Shown here: piece by piece, positions 16,382 to 26,327 of the stretch
How the letters are laid out: every line of letters starts with the position of its first letter
How positions within the stretch are numbered: position 1 is the stretch's first letter
DNA from: a virus
Length of the DNA stretch: 64,000 nucleotides
Direction: 5' to 3' (one strand)
IMG/VR virus record: IMGVR_UViG_3300048074_000120
Location: 124,972-188,971 of that record
Made by a program: the position numbers and the translations under genes
The notes under the pieces: generated by a model
What the model was told of the DNA's origin: nothing
The model's input: the letters and a program-made list of their open reading frames with translations, nothing else
The model's database searches: none

Positions 16382-16664
16382 TACGTCGACCTTCCTCTTG
16401 CAGTATGGCGTCAGTAGCCCACTGCATGTCATCGCGCAAATGGTTCAAGCGCTCTTGAGCCTTTGCGATCTCAATCTTCTTATCCAGGTTTTGCCGCGCA
16501 ACTTGCTCGAGGGTATCGGCAACGACCTTGGCCGCTTTGGTCTTGAGGAAGCTTTTGAGGAAATCACAGGGAGGAGCCAGGATGCCTCTGGCTTGAATCT
16601 CCTCGGCAATCTCCTCAAGGACATTTAGGTCGTCAGCCGCTGTCGTCCTTGGCATCCTTGGCAT
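16374..16664 (-). CDS. hypothetical coiled-coil protein (96 aa)
   Basis: Packed operon ORF. Confidence 0.65.
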   Translation of the reverse strand: MPRMPRTTAADDLNVLEEIAEEIQARGILAPPCDFLKSFLKTKAAKVVADTLEQVARQNLDKKIEIAKAQERLNHLRDDMQWATDAILQEEGRRNG

Positions 16665-16953
16665 CCTCTTGCTCCACGGTGTATTCAGCGAGCTTTTCCT
16701 CTTCCTGCAGCTTTTGCAGGTGTCGAGCTATTGCATTGACTGCCCGTTGTAGCTCCCTGGGGCGCTCGTCTTCTTCGAAGATTCCATCGCCCCGAGGAGA
16801 GCTCCAATAGACCACGTCACCACCGATATCTGGGCAGTGGACAGAGAAGTATCCATGTCGCAGGCGAAGACAGGCCACATGCTCTTCGCCCACGTAAGCC
16901 TCATAGGCCTCCGGGCACGCTATACCCACTTGAACTAGTCTGATATTGAGCAC
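16633..16953 (-). CDS. hypothetical protein (106 aa)
   Basis: GGAG SD, GTG start. Confidence 0.65.
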   Translation of the reverse strand: MLNIRLVQVGIACPEAYEAYVGEEHVACLRLRHGYFSVHCPDIGGDVVYWSSPRGDGIFEEDERPRELQRAVNAIARHLQKLQEEEKLAEYTVEQEDAKDAKDDSG

Positions 16954-16959
16954 GGGTCG

Positions 16960-17358
16960 TCACTCCTTGTCGTCAGTGAAGACAGGACCACTGACGTTTG
17001 TGTTGGTGGCAATTCGCTTGAGGTCTCCGAACGCGGTGTCAATAGCTTCCTGCGCCTGGTCGATGTCAAAATCTTCTTCCAGAGCTGATTTGTCACAGAT
17101 GCCGTGCTTGGCCATGAGCTCAAGCGCCCATTGCTTCCATTCAGCAGCCTGCCTGGCTTCGAGCGTCAACTGCTCGAACTCCTCGATATATACTGGTCCT
17201 AGGCGACGAATACTCTCGCCAAGGACTGAGCGTCGAACATCACGCATCATCTGATCCATGTTGCCTCTAGTGGTAATCTTGGCGACAAGATCCAGAGCCT
17301 CCTCTGGCAAGTCGCATTCTATGCTGACGTTTTTGGTGAGTTTGACTCGGTGGGGCAC
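16960..17358 (-). CDS. hypothetical protein (132 aa)
   Basis: AAGGAG SD, GTG start. Confidence 0.7.
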   Translation of the reverse strand: MPHRVKLTKNVSIECDLPEEALDLVAKITTRGNMDQMMRDVRRSVLGESIRRLGPVYIEEFEQLTLEARQAAEWKQWALELMAKHGICDKSALEEDFDIDQAQEAIDTAFGDLKRIATNTNVSGPVFTDDKE

Positions 17359-17485
17359 TGCGGCTCCTTCTCAGGCTGTGGCTCCTCAAGTCGAGCGCTA
17401 CCACAGGTGGCTGGCTTCTTCCCGAGCTCGCAGGTCCAAGGTTTATTTCTCGCGTAATAGTAGACGCAACCGTCGCACGGGGAGC

Positions 17486-17725
17486 TCATGCCGCCCTCCT
17501 TTGCAGTGCCAAGTGCTCGCAGTGCGGGCACAGGGTAAGCCCTGAGCGGATGCTGGCTCTAAGCGAATTGCTCGTGCGTAGCAACAGGTGACTGCCATCG
17601 CACAACACCCAAAATGCCGAAAGCCAAGTGGCCTTCCCGGTTCGCCTTGGCTGAGGTACGGATCCTGCCCGCTTGAGTACAGTGAATTTACCGATAGCTT
17701 GTCCCTCCACGATGGTGGGTTTCAT
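17486..17725 (-). CDS. hypothetical protein resembling the N-terminal Zn-binding module of HNH/AP2 endonucleases
   Basis: GQAIGKFTVLKRAG...W..LCD...CPHC. Confidence 0.5.
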   Translation of the reverse strand: MKPTIVEGQAIGKFTVLKRAGSVPQPRRTGKATWLSAFWVLCDGSHLLLRTSNSLRASIRSGLTLCPHCEHLALQRRAA

Positions 17726-17745
17726 ATAGTCACATCCTTTATTGA

Positions 17746-18891
17746 TTACGTGCCCTTCTCCCTGAGACCAATGCCCACTGGGAACCGAGGCACTCCTTCG
17801 TCAGTGAGCCCAAAGTGGCGCACTGTATAGGGTTTGCCAATCATGCTGTTTGCGTTTTGCTTCAAAAGAGCTCTGACCTCGTCAGTGCCCCGTGGGGTGA
17901 CCTCGAAGGTTTTGCCCTTACTCGTCTTGCAGGTAAAGATGGGTACATTGGCAAACTTGCCCTTGCCTAGGCACCAGCCAGTGATGATGAATTCCCCATC
18001 GTCAAAGGACTTCACCTTCAGAAGGTCAGACGAGCGGTACCCAATGCGGTACGTGCCTGAGTACGTGCGAACGATGGCCCCTTCGTAGCCTTCTCTCACA
18101 AACTGATCGTGCAGAGTCTTTACCATGTGCACGTTGGCCGCCGCATACGTCTGCACGGGCTTGATGAAATCAGGTAAGCCTTGTTCCTGCTCGTAATCGA
18201 ACCAAGCCCTGAGGTTTGTACCACGCTCAGTCCAATCCTCAGCGCCCTGCAGGTCCAAGTGCACAAAGTCATAGACGTGATAGGCGAGTAGCTTGCTCTC
18301 CTCCTGCGAACGCTTCACTAGCGAGATGATGTTCTGCAGGCTCATGCCGTGAACGTAGATCTCACCGTCGAGCATGTCGCCTTCATCGAGAATCTTTTCG
18401 AGCGCTCCGCGGATGTGCTCCACATCGTATGGATCACCGCCACGACTGTGAAGCACCACGTGCTTTCCCTCTCTATAGGCAAGGCAGCGCACACCGTCGA
18501 ACTTAGGCTGCACGGCGACGGGGTACTTGACCTTGGCCTGCTTGTCATCGAACTTTGCAGCCAGCATGGGGCGGAGCTTTGGCCCCGTTGCTTCCTCGAT
18601 ATTTACGTAGTACTTCTTCTTGAGCTGCTTCTTCCACTTGGCGATGGCTTCGAGGCGAGCCTGCTCGACCGCAGTTGTGGCATTTGCACGTCCTACGTTC
18701 TTGCGCTCGCACTGAAAGACCGACGTCTGCAAAGCGCCGCCCTTTTGCCCCCAACGCACCACAACGCCGCTACCCTTATCGAGCCAGACCTCCCACGTGT
18801 TGATGGCCCCTGTGGCCGTCTTTGAATACAAGGTTGGCAGCGCGTGCTCGCCATCCCACTCGTCAACGCTTTGTTCTGCTGTTTTTGGCAT
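17746..18891 (-). CDS. ATP-dependent DNA ligase with WGR-like N-terminal domain
   Basis: QPKFDGVR (adenylated Lys), LDGEIY, YEGAIVR, LLKVK; N-terminal VRWGQKGG. Confidence 0.95.
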   Translation of the reverse strand: MPKTAEQSVDEWDGEHALPTLYSKTATGAINTWEVWLDKGSGVVVRWGQKGGALQTSVFQCERKNVGRANATTAVEQARLEAIAKWKKQLKKKYYVNIEEATGPKLRPMLAAKFDDKQAKVKYPVAVQPKFDGVRCLAYREGKHVVLHSRGGDPYDVEHIRGALEKILDEGDMLDGEIYVHGMSLQNIISLVKRSQEESKLLAYHVYDFVHLDLQGAEDWTERGTNLRAWFDYEQEQGLPDFIKPVQTYAAANVHMVKTLHDQFVREGYEGAIVRTYSGTYRIGYRSSDLLKVKSFDDGEFIITGWCLGKGKFANVPIFTCKTSKGKTFEVTPRGTDEVRALLKQNANSMIGKPYTVRHFGLTDEGVPRFPVGIGLREKGT

Positions 18892-19081
18892 TAGCTTGTA
18901 CTTCCTAATCGTCTACGTCCGTGTTGTTGTAAATGAATCCATGCCCGTTGCGCACGCACTTGTACTGCGTCCGTTCAGACCCTCGAGCAATCACATACGA
19001 TTTGGATTTGCATAGAGGGCAGGGCGGCCGTGGCAGTGCCCATCGAACGACGTGTGCCAATCCCCAGGGCACCCACAGTCT

Positions 19082-19471
19082 CTACAAGCCATCGGGAGCG
19101 CTTAGCCCCTGGCAATGATACGAGTACGCAAGCTCTGAGCGCACCGAGAAAGACCAAATGCGTCCCTCTGAGTCTTCAACCCAAATTACGCGCTCTACTT
19201 GATACCGATCTGGGTGTTGCTCTGCGTACCAAACAGCGGCATCTAATGCAGTGAATCTTTCCACATGGAGCTTAGGCCCGCTCTCGGCCCAGCAGGTGTA
19301 CTCACGGGTCTCAGAGGCTTTCACGCGCCCGTTGTGTGCATGCTCAGCCATGTGGAGGAATCTTTTGGCATCCTCAAGCACCTTGTGAAACAGATGACCG
19401 CCAAGGTGGTGACGTACTTGCCACCAAAGCACGTTCATGTGCATTACAGCGTGTTGTTCGTGTTCATTCAT
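19082..19471 (-). CDS. hypothetical protein (129 aa)
   Basis: ATGA overlap with the upstream ORF. Confidence 0.65.
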   Translation of the reverse strand: MNEHEQHAVMHMNVLWWQVRHHLGGHLFHKVLEDAKRFLHMAEHAHNGRVKASETREYTCWAESGPKLHVERFTALDAAVWYAEQHPDRYQVERVIWVEDSEGRIWSFSVRSELAYSYHCQGLSAPDGL

Positions 19472-19914
19472 GTTGGCCTCGTTCCTAAATAGTCGCCCAG
19501 GTAGGCTTCGACGTATCGATTCAGCTCAATACCCGCCGTTACCCGATCATCATAAGGCCCATGCTCTATATCGGCCTCATCGTAGAACCACCACTTGCCT
19601 TCGTGCTCATAGGGGTTTGGTCTGCGTTGATGCTCAGCATCGATGGCGAACTTACGAATCCTTCGGGATTCGGCAACTAGCTTGTAGTAGCCGTTGTACC
19701 TGCCGACGCGTTCAACCGCAGAGAAGTTCGACAACCGGTCATTTACCTTGTCCACCAAGAGGTTCATGGCCTCTAGCTCGTGCAGGCCTTGGGCTTCAAG
19801 TGTTTCACCAAGCGGTGGAAACATCGTGTATGCCCTGAAGGGAGCTGCCCTGTTGTTTGGTGAGTACGTCACATAGATGTCCAGCAGGGACTTCAAGCGG
19901 TCATCAAAAGCCAT
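19468..19914 (-). CDS. hypothetical protein (148 aa)
   Basis: TAATG coupling; AAGGAG SD; WWFYDE...HGPY motif. Confidence 0.7.
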   Translation of the reverse strand: MAFDDRLKSLLDIYVTYSPNNRAAPFRAYTMFPPLGETLEAQGLHELEAMNLLVDKVNDRLSNFSAVERVGRYNGYYKLVAESRRIRKFAIDAEHQRRPNPYEHEGKWWFYDEADIEHGPYDDRVTAGIELNRYVEAYLGDYLGTRPT

Positions 19915-20354
19915 TAGTTGAGCTCCTTGGTATCTCGCCTCAGGTGGTCACAGCCAAGGCAGGGTTCGCACTCAGCCGCATCACAGACCAACACAGGGTC
20001 ACTGATGTGTCGAAACTTGACGGGCTGCACCGGGTCAATCACGATTCCGTTATCCTCGCACCACTTGGTGTACTTCTCAGAGGGAGGGCCCACAAGCTCG
20101 TAGAGCGAGCTCAAAGTACGCACGATACGTCCCTCCGTGGTCAAAATGCGTGAAGTGATGATCTCTTCTCCAGCGAGTCGTACCTTTGTCGGGTACTGCG
20201 TGTCCTCGGCCTCCGGTGGAAGGCACGTGTTTTCTCCCCCAGTGGCAACAACCTCCCATTTGATGAGCTTGATAGGCACACGCACTGGAGCCACAAGCTT
20301 GACTCCTTGCGCGGTAAGTCGTTTGTACTCAGACTTTGAACGAGCTTTCCTCAT
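19914..20354 (-). CDS. hypothetical protein with C-terminal Cys cluster (146 aa)
   Basis: ATG ORF; CD..EC.PC.GC. Confidence 0.7.
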   Translation of the reverse strand: MRKARSKSEYKRLTAQGVKLVAPVRVPIKLIKWEVVATGGENTCLPPEAEDTQYPTKVRLAGEEIITSRILTTEGRIVRTLSSLYELVGPPSEKYTKWCEDNGIVIDPVQPVKFRHISDPVLVCDAAECEPCLGCDHLRRDTKELN

Positions 20355-20427
20355 AAATATGCCTGGGTGCCCATACAGGCCTGTTCGATGACCTTAGCAA
20401 CATGCTCTTTCTCTTGGCTGGTCAACT

Positions 20428-21530
20428 TCATTGAGAACTCCTATTCGCGTGGGCGTATTTGGTCTTCCCCAATACGCCTCGAAGTTTCTTGATAGCCCGT
20501 TGCTCTAGCTGCCTGGCACGCTCTCGAGAAAATCCGAGCTTTCGACCTAAGTCTGCCAAGCTCAATGGATCATCGCTCATAAGTCGATGCTCCACGATGA
20601 TTTTCTCACGAGGGTCCAATAGCTCCAGAGCCTTGCCAACGATTCCGCTGCACGCTGCAGCTTGCTCCTGCAGTTCGATGCGACGCTCCGGCTCTATCTC
20701 GTCAGCAGCCAGCGTATCAAGAAGAGGCGCCGTTCCAAAAGATCTGGCGTCTAGCGATACGTCGTAGCACTCAAGTCTTTGTAATAACCCCTGTACTTGT
20801 TCAGGGGGCATATCCATGCGCCGTGTCAGCAGCTGCTCGATGGCATCTCGATCTTCTCCCACTATGTTTCGAGCCCTGATGAGCTCTCGACGTAGCTTGT
20901 ATAGATCCTTGCTACGAACGAGTTCTTTACCAAGAATGGTGCGGGACTTCTGGATGTATTTCGAGATTGATGCCTTGATCCACCAGGCTGCGTAAGTGAC
21001 GAAGCGCAGCCAAAGTTGCCCTCGGCAATGAGCGCCTCGATGGGATGCCCGCACTTGGGGAATAGGTAAGCAATCTGCACAACATGATGCAAGTGGCAAC
21101 GAAGAATAAGGTTTCGTGCAGTGATGTCACCGTCAACCTTCCATGCATGCCAGAGTTTGAACTCTTCCTCAGCACTCAGCCGATTACGGATGTCAAAGCG
21201 GTAATTACCAGCAACACCCGCCTTGGTGATGACCGGTGCGGGCTCGGGCCCAATGGGCTCCAGCGCTGGTTTCTTTATGGTCTCAATCTTACCGATGGGC
21301 ACAAAGCGCGGCTTGCGCTCGATGCTTTCTACAACTTGCATTTGCACATTCTCACCCCTGCGTCTTGCGTGGTGCGCTTTCATTGCGTCAGATCGGCTGA
21401 TTTTGCCGACGTATTTGCACAGAGTCTCCCTGTGCATCCCGGTGACCTTCATGATGTACTGAAGGGAGTAACCGAGCCTTCTTAGCTCCTGTGCTTGTGC
21501 CACCTTCGCTGGGCTGGCGTAGTTAGACAT
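20428..21530 (-). pseudogene. N-terminal HTH + RpoH (sigma-32)-like sigma factor, split by a frameshifting deletion at about 21010
   Basis: Frame A ends ...LSAEEE...ARNLIL..HL..VV.IA...LIAEGNFG; frame B begins LRFVTYAAWWIKA...VSLD...LGFSRERARQLEQRA; the intervening L..A..KFDP..G segment is absent. Confidence 0.85.
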
Positions 21531-21540
21531 GCCACCGTAA

Positions 21541-21729
21541 CTATGGCTTAGGTAGCTTCTCTAACTCAAGCATAGCCTTCACAACTGGCGGCACTGGCAA
21601 CTTCACACCATCTCGCCCAACGGCCATGGGCCCGTCGAGGCCTTCACCATCGTTGTCGGGCTGAATAGTCCCGCTCTCTGGGTAGCATACCTTGCAATTG
21701 CCCAAGCCCAAGTTGTGTCTACAGCTCAT
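21541..21729 (-). CDS. hypothetical protein (62 aa)
   Basis: GAGG SD; C.H...C..C. Confidence 0.6.
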   Translation of the reverse strand: MSCRHNLGLGNCKVCYPESGTIQPDNDGEGLDGPMAVGRDGVKLPVPPVVKAMLELEKLPKP

Positions 21730-21736
21730 GGTTACC

Positions 21737-22165
21737 TCATTTATTAGACTTCTCGTAGGCCACAGCTAACTTCATCTCTTGTACGACTGGGCTCACTTGA
21801 GCAAGACTTATGTTGAAGTAGGCGCTGTCAGAGGCGTACGCCGTAGGCCTTGCCTCATAGCCCTCCAATAGGGCTGCTTTGATGAAGGCCCCATTGGATA
21901 TGTATTTTCTGCTGTGCGGCCACCTGTGCCGAAGCAGGGGAATCTTGTAATGGCTGTCCTTACCCTCCGTCCAGCTCTCAACCACATGTTTCAAGCTGTA
22001 GGAGGAATATTTCGTATTCATGGTCTTTCGCGGTGTGCAGTAAGCCCGTATCCATTCCCTACAGCACTCCACTTGATCATCTGCTGGGCGTGCAGGGTTT
22101 GGTGTAGGGGACTTCTCGGGGATTAGTCCGGCAAACCATACATCGTCAATGCTTATGCTTTGCAT
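21737..22165 (-). CDS. conserved hypothetical protein with SSYxLKH..E...YxSNGxxIxAA..G motif
   Basis: Motif recalled from widespread uncharacterised phage/bacterial proteins. Confidence 0.75.
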   Translation of the reverse strand: MQSISIDDVWFAGLIPEKSPTPNPARPADDQVECCREWIRAYCTPRKTMNTKYSSYSLKHVVESWTEGKDSHYKIPLLRHRWPHSRKYISNGAFIKAALLEGYEARPTAYASDSAYFNISLAQVSPVVQEMKLAVAYEKSNK

Positions 22166-22188
22166 GACAGCTTTCCCATCATTGCCCC

Positions 22189-22638
22189 CTACCCTTCCTG
22201 GCTATTCCAGTAGTTTGGATCCTTCAATTGTTCTAAGGTCTTAGGGGATATACCCTTGCGAAAAAACGCATAATAGGTTTCTCCCAGATAATCCCCTGTG
22301 CGCCTTATCTCTACAGTGCACTTCAGCAGTTCTGCCTCGATCAATTCCCATATCTTGTAGGAAACACACTCCATGTCATCGCAGTCAGCGATCTCTGTGG
22401 TGACAGCATTTATCCTGAATTCAATGGCCTTACCCCAGTCAACCTTTATGTAGCCGCATCTGAATCGGTAGGTTTTCCAATCCTCAGTTGCGCTGTTGCG
22501 GACTAACCGGAGCACTCGTTTGAGTAACGCTCTCCCTCTTTTGTAGTTCTTTTTACCTTTGTGTATGACCAGCGTGTGGTGCCGCCAGTGCCATGAACCT
22601 TCGTTTTCGTAACGAACATCACCCATCCAATCAAACAT
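22189..22638 (-). CDS. hypothetical protein, AT-rich (149 aa)
   Basis: TGATG coupling with the upstream large gene. Confidence 0.7.
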   Translation of the reverse strand: MFDWMGDVRYENEGSWHWRHHTLVIHKGKKNYKRGRALLKRVLRLVRNSATEDWKTYRFRCGYIKVDWGKAIEFRINAVTTEIADCDDMECVSYKIWELIEAELLKCTVEIRRTGDYLGETYYAFFRKGISPKTLEQLKDPNYWNSQEG

Positions 22639-25600
22639 CAGTAGCTTGTCCCTGACGTCACAATGTTGGCGCCAACAGGTATGTCGGGTGTTGCCGGGGA
22701 GTCGGCATCATCTGAGGTGAACTCGAAATCCTTCTCGTCAGGGATAGTCCCAATGGTGGTCTGTCCCACGAGCTTGGTTCGATTGGTCTTTCGCATGGGC
22801 AGGTCCTTGGCCACGAGCTCCCGCGCGCTCTTGATGAGCGTGCCTGCGTAGCTAGTCCCTTCCATGTCGAGCCCAAAGAACGTGCTGAACTGCCCGCCCA
22901 GCAACAGATCGATGGCCCTGTCAGATCCCTTATTCCTGAAACTCGCCAATAATGCGTCAATCGAAGGCTCGATAGGTGAGACGTAACTGCCAAAGGCTGT
23001 CTCTAGTGTAGCCAGGCTGTCTTGCAGCAGCTGCAGCTGGGTGTTGGCGGTTGCAATCTCAGCCACCGATGGTCTTGCGTTGAGCAGCACAGGGTTGAGA
23101 AAGCGGGCCAGATCCCTGAAGAACTGCGTTTGCTGAGGCGCTGCCGCAAGCCAGCCATCGAGGCCTTCTTTGAGCGTCTGGTAGTTGGCCACCTTGGCGA
23201 CTCGAATGAGCGCAAAGGGCGGGTTCACGTTGTCCTTGAACTGGTAGTTCGCTGTGGACTCAATCTCGGGCGTTATCTTGAGCACATTGAGGCTTGCCGA
23301 CGTGGTCGAATCCACGATGGTAAATTGCCGGGTGATGGTCTCGATATCCGTTTGGTAGATGAGGATAAGGTCTCTATCTTCGACGCTACTTGGCCAGCTG
23401 TTGAAGTGCAGGTACGGCGTTGTGCCATAGGCCGTGGCGGGCAGGCTCGAGGTGAAAAAGAAGTACTCAGCCCCTAGCGTCCCTGGTTGATTCTCGACAC
23501 GCACGTGGCTTGCGATCTGCTGCAGGCGGCTCCCAAAGGAGAGGAACTCTGCCCCGAACTCCACATCGAAGGACACCGTGTTCGTCCCATCCCGCGGCAC
23601 TGGCAGGGCATTCTCGACGGGCACTTCAAAGGAGCATGTGGTGCCTACACCTTGCGCGTCCCTCACCGGATAGCGCCCTTGGTTGTTCCCACTTGTGATG
23701 TTGAGCACGTCACCGAAGTGAAAGATGAAGTTAGGGCCAACCTCAATCCCGACGGCACCTGCTGTCACTGAGGAGGTGAACCACACGGTGATGGTCGTAT
23801 CCGTGTGGCTTGCAATGATGCCCTCGAGGTTTATGTCAGCGGTTGTATTCGTTGAGAGAATCACCAAGTAGTCGAAGAACCCTATGCCTGATAGGTCGGT
23901 GCCTGGGCTCGCCGTAAAAGTGACCGTTGTACCTCCCGTGATGGTGCCCTCAGCTTGAAGCTTCGAGAGCACCACAATGCTTGCGTCTGTGGTGCTTGAG
24001 CGCGCCCTGCCTGAATAGTGCGTGGGCTTGAACACAGCCGAGGCGGCAATCGTTGAAGTGGATGCATTGAGGTTGCTCGCGATGTCTTTGGCTGCCACCG
24101 GACGAGAGCGTGACTCCATGCCGGGGATCCACCCAAGGGTCGAGGCGCCATTGCTCATGGCCGCGGTGGTATTGAGCAGGCGAATCGATCGGCGCAGCGA
24201 CAGGCTTTGCTCGGCATCAGTGTCCACCAAGTTGAGTGAGCGCGCAGCAGGGCCAATCTTGACTTCGATGTCATTGGGCAAGGAGACAGGAGTCACTGGG
24301 GCTGAGCCATGGGCATCGACGTAAGTCGCTGATACGCCAGTAACGGTCCATGTAGTTCCCGCATTGGGCCCCGTCACGATGTCAATCTCATCGCCAATCA
24401 CCACGCCAAGCCCAGAGAGCGACCCGCCAAGCAGGGTAAAGCGGGCATTGTTGCCTCCAAGGGAGGCCACAGTAACGAGCGAGTTGAATCTGAGGGGGTA
24501 AAAAGCGCGCTTGCAGACGAGCCCTGTGCCCGCCAATGCTGCATTGATTTCAGCAGCAATGGCGGTTGAACTGCGTGAACCCCCAGTGGTGAGGGTCACG
24601 TCAATGGTCAGGGGAGAGGGCGCATTCGGATCATCGAACTGAATCCTCAACTTGTTATTCGAGGCAATCTCGGTGTCGAGAATGATGGTGAAGGGCTCTT
24701 GGAGCGTCCCGATGATGTTTGCCACATAGCCCAGTGGCATTGGGTAATCGAGAAAAGACCCACCATCGAGCGTCAGGCGCACGAACTGGTTTGCCTTTGT
24801 GATCGCGTAGGGCCCAGGGATGTCGCTCACTACAACCGCGGGAGTCGAGAGATTGATGGCATCGCTGTAGGCAGAGCCAATGCCCTGCACGGAAATAAAC
24901 TCGCCCGGGGCCAGAGCGCTGCCGAATTTCTTTACAATGGACCGCTGAGTGAGCAGGTCGAGCATGATTTCACGCAGGTTGGTCAGGCGCGTGTTCTCGT
25001 CTTGGGCGGCCAGAGTCTCGTAGTGCCCCTTGAGCACATCGCTCGAGCGGGAGATGACTCCCTGCGCTGTGGCCTGGGGCAAGTTCATGGCGCCAAAGTC
25101 CGCCATGGCATTGGCAAGCAGCCTGACCCGGGCGATGAGGTCTTGGTGCTGGGTCTGCATGCTGGTCACGAGGGCTGGGATTTTCGCCCGAGCCCCGGCG
25201 GGGGTGTCCGTGACGCTGGACGTAGTGACCACCTCGAGGGTGTCCGGGTCAACGGAGGTAGAGACGCCCTTGATGTTGTCGCCCCCTGCATTGACGAACT
25301 GGGTGATGGAGCTCGCGTACCTCTGGTAGGCAGGGACTTGGAGGATGTCCTGGAAGCCCTCGCTGCGGTTGGCTACAGCGCTTCCTAGGGCCTCGAGAGC
25401 AGCATTGGCGTTAGCTAGGGGCGATATGTCGCTAATGGGGCTGGTGAGCTTGCCTGTAGCCCTTACGGCATCCATGAGCTGGGAGATGGTTTGGGCTTGG
25501 GTACTCGCGTAATCAGCGACTCTTGTAGTCCCCAGCTTGATGCAATAGAAGGGGGCATTGTAATAGAGAACAAAGACCCCCGCAGCTGCCTCCTGCAGCT

Positions 25601-25715
25601 CATTGAAGGACGTCTTCGTGTCTCTGTTCCCGAGAATACCCGTAGGATGGTCCACCGAGGAGCGGACAATCTTACTGACGGCGGCGTTTACTTCTTCTGG
25701 GGTGTAGTTAGCCAT
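22638..25715 (-). CDS. large probable virion structural (tail/baseplate) protein (1025 aa)
   Basis: Long ORF with Thr/Ser/Gly/Val-rich beta-type centre and helical ends; AAGGA SD; function inferred. Confidence 0.6.
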   Translation of the reverse strand: MANYTPEEVNAAVSKIVRSSVDHPTGILGNRDTKTSFNELQEAAAGVFVLYYNAPFYCIKLGTTRVADYASTQAQTISQLMDAVRATGKLTSPISDISPLANANAALEALGSAVANRSEGFQDILQVPAYQRYASSITQFVNAGGDNIKGVSTSVDPDTLEVVTTSSVTDTPAGARAKIPALVTSMQTQHQDLIARVRLLANAMADFGAMNLPQATAQGVISRSSDVLKGHYETLAAQDENTRLTNLREIMLDLLTQRSIVKKFGSALAPGEFISVQGIGSAYSDAINLSTPAVVVSDIPGPYAITKANQFVRLTLDGGSFLDYPMPLGYVANIIGTLQEPFTIILDTEIASNNKLRIQFDDPNAPSPLTIDVTLTTGGSRSSTAIAAEINAALAGTGLVCKRAFYPLRFNSLVTVASLGGNNARFTLLGGSLSGLGVVIGDEIDIVTGPNAGTTWTVTGVSATYVDAHGSAPVTPVSLPNDIEVKIGPAARSLNLVDTDAEQSLSLRRSIRLLNTTAAMSNGASTLGWIPGMESRSRPVAAKDIASNLNASTSTIAASAVFKPTHYSGRARSSTTDASIVVLSKLQAEGTITGGTTVTFTASPGTDLSGIGFFDYLVILSTNTTADINLEGIIASHTDTTITVWFTSSVTAGAVGIEVGPNFIFHFGDVLNITSGNNQGRYPVRDAQGVGTTCSFEVPVENALPVPRDGTNTVSFDVEFGAEFLSFGSRLQQIASHVRVENQPGTLGAEYFFFTSSLPATAYGTTPYLHFNSWPSSVEDRDLILIYQTDIETITRQFTIVDSTTSASLNVLKITPEIESTANYQFKDNVNPPFALIRVAKVANYQTLKEGLDGWLAAAPQQTQFFRDLARFLNPVLLNARPSVAEIATANTQLQLLQDSLATLETAFGSYVSPIEPSIDALLASFRNKGSDRAIDLLLGGQFSTFFGLDMEGTSYAGTLIKSARELVAKDLPMRKTNRTKLVGQTTIGTIPDEKDFEFTSDDADSPATPDIPVGANIVTSGTSY

Positions 25716-25737
25716 GCGTATTATCCTTGCAGTACAA

Positions 25738-26229
25738 TCAGGCTGTCTTTCGACATCTATTATGCACGATGTGGGCGATTTGCCCTTTTGTAACTCCGTA
25801 ATGCTTTGCTAAGGAAAGATAGGAACCGTCCTTCGCCGCATGCTTGACTCTAATCTCAACTACATCGGCGTCTGCCAGCTTCACTTTACCGTGCTTCTCC
25901 CCTAAGCTCACCCCGTATGCCTGTCGGCCCTTATCCAGCATGTCGTGAACATTGTCTGCACGAGTGCCCTCAAACAGGTGCTCTGGTCTAACACAAGAAG
26001 TTACATCGCACCTATGAAGACAACACGGCCTTGGCCACGCGCCATGGGTAATGAGCCAGGCCATGCGGTGCGCAAATTCATAACCTCCATTGACAGTAAA
26101 TGTGCCATAGCCATGCTTGTTGATGCCAGCAGTCCATAGCCAACATCGAGTCTTCAATACCGGGTGAATCGGGCCAAACTTATTGACCTTGGCCCAGAAT
26201 CTCTTCAGTAATTTTTGAGTTAGTATCAT
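25738..26229 (-). CDS. HNH homing endonuclease (HNH_3-like) with C-terminal HTH
   Basis: RFWAKVNK..CWLWT..GYG..AHR..LHRCD..SCVRPEHLFEGT..DN. Confidence 0.9.
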   Translation of the reverse strand: MILTQKLLKRFWAKVNKFGPIHPVLKTRCWLWTAGINKHGYGTFTVNGGYEFAHRMAWLITHGAWPRPCCLHRCDVTSCVRPEHLFEGTRADNVHDMLDKGRQAYGVSLGEKHGKVKLADADVVEIRVKHAAKDGSYLSLAKHYGVTKGQIAHIVHNRCRKTA

Positions 26230-26231
26230 TT

Positions 26232-26327
26232 TTACTTGAGTGGAGTTTGCTGCCACTTGAGCCTTTTAGCCAGGCGCCGTTCGAACTTGCGGGCCTCCCG
26301 GCGCTCTTTGCGGGTGAAGGTGGTCAT
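26232..26327 (-). CDS. 31-aa basic peptide, partial paralog of the upstream ORF (not in ORF track)
   Basis: MTTFTRKERREARKFERRLAK vs MAKFTRKERKAARALERRLAR; ATGA overlap. Confidence 0.6.
   Translation of the reverse strand: MTTFTRKERREARKFERRLAKRLKWQQTPLK

Noticed and set aside
16480-16506. Minus-strand GCAA-N15-CTGGATAAG inside ORF 16374..16664
   Set aside because: Correct spacing but two mismatches in the -10 core and fully explained by codons (LDKK); possible internal promoter but not supportable.
19102-19109. TTAGCCCC copy
   Set aside because: Inside a coding sequence, no preceding hairpin or T-tract; likely chance.
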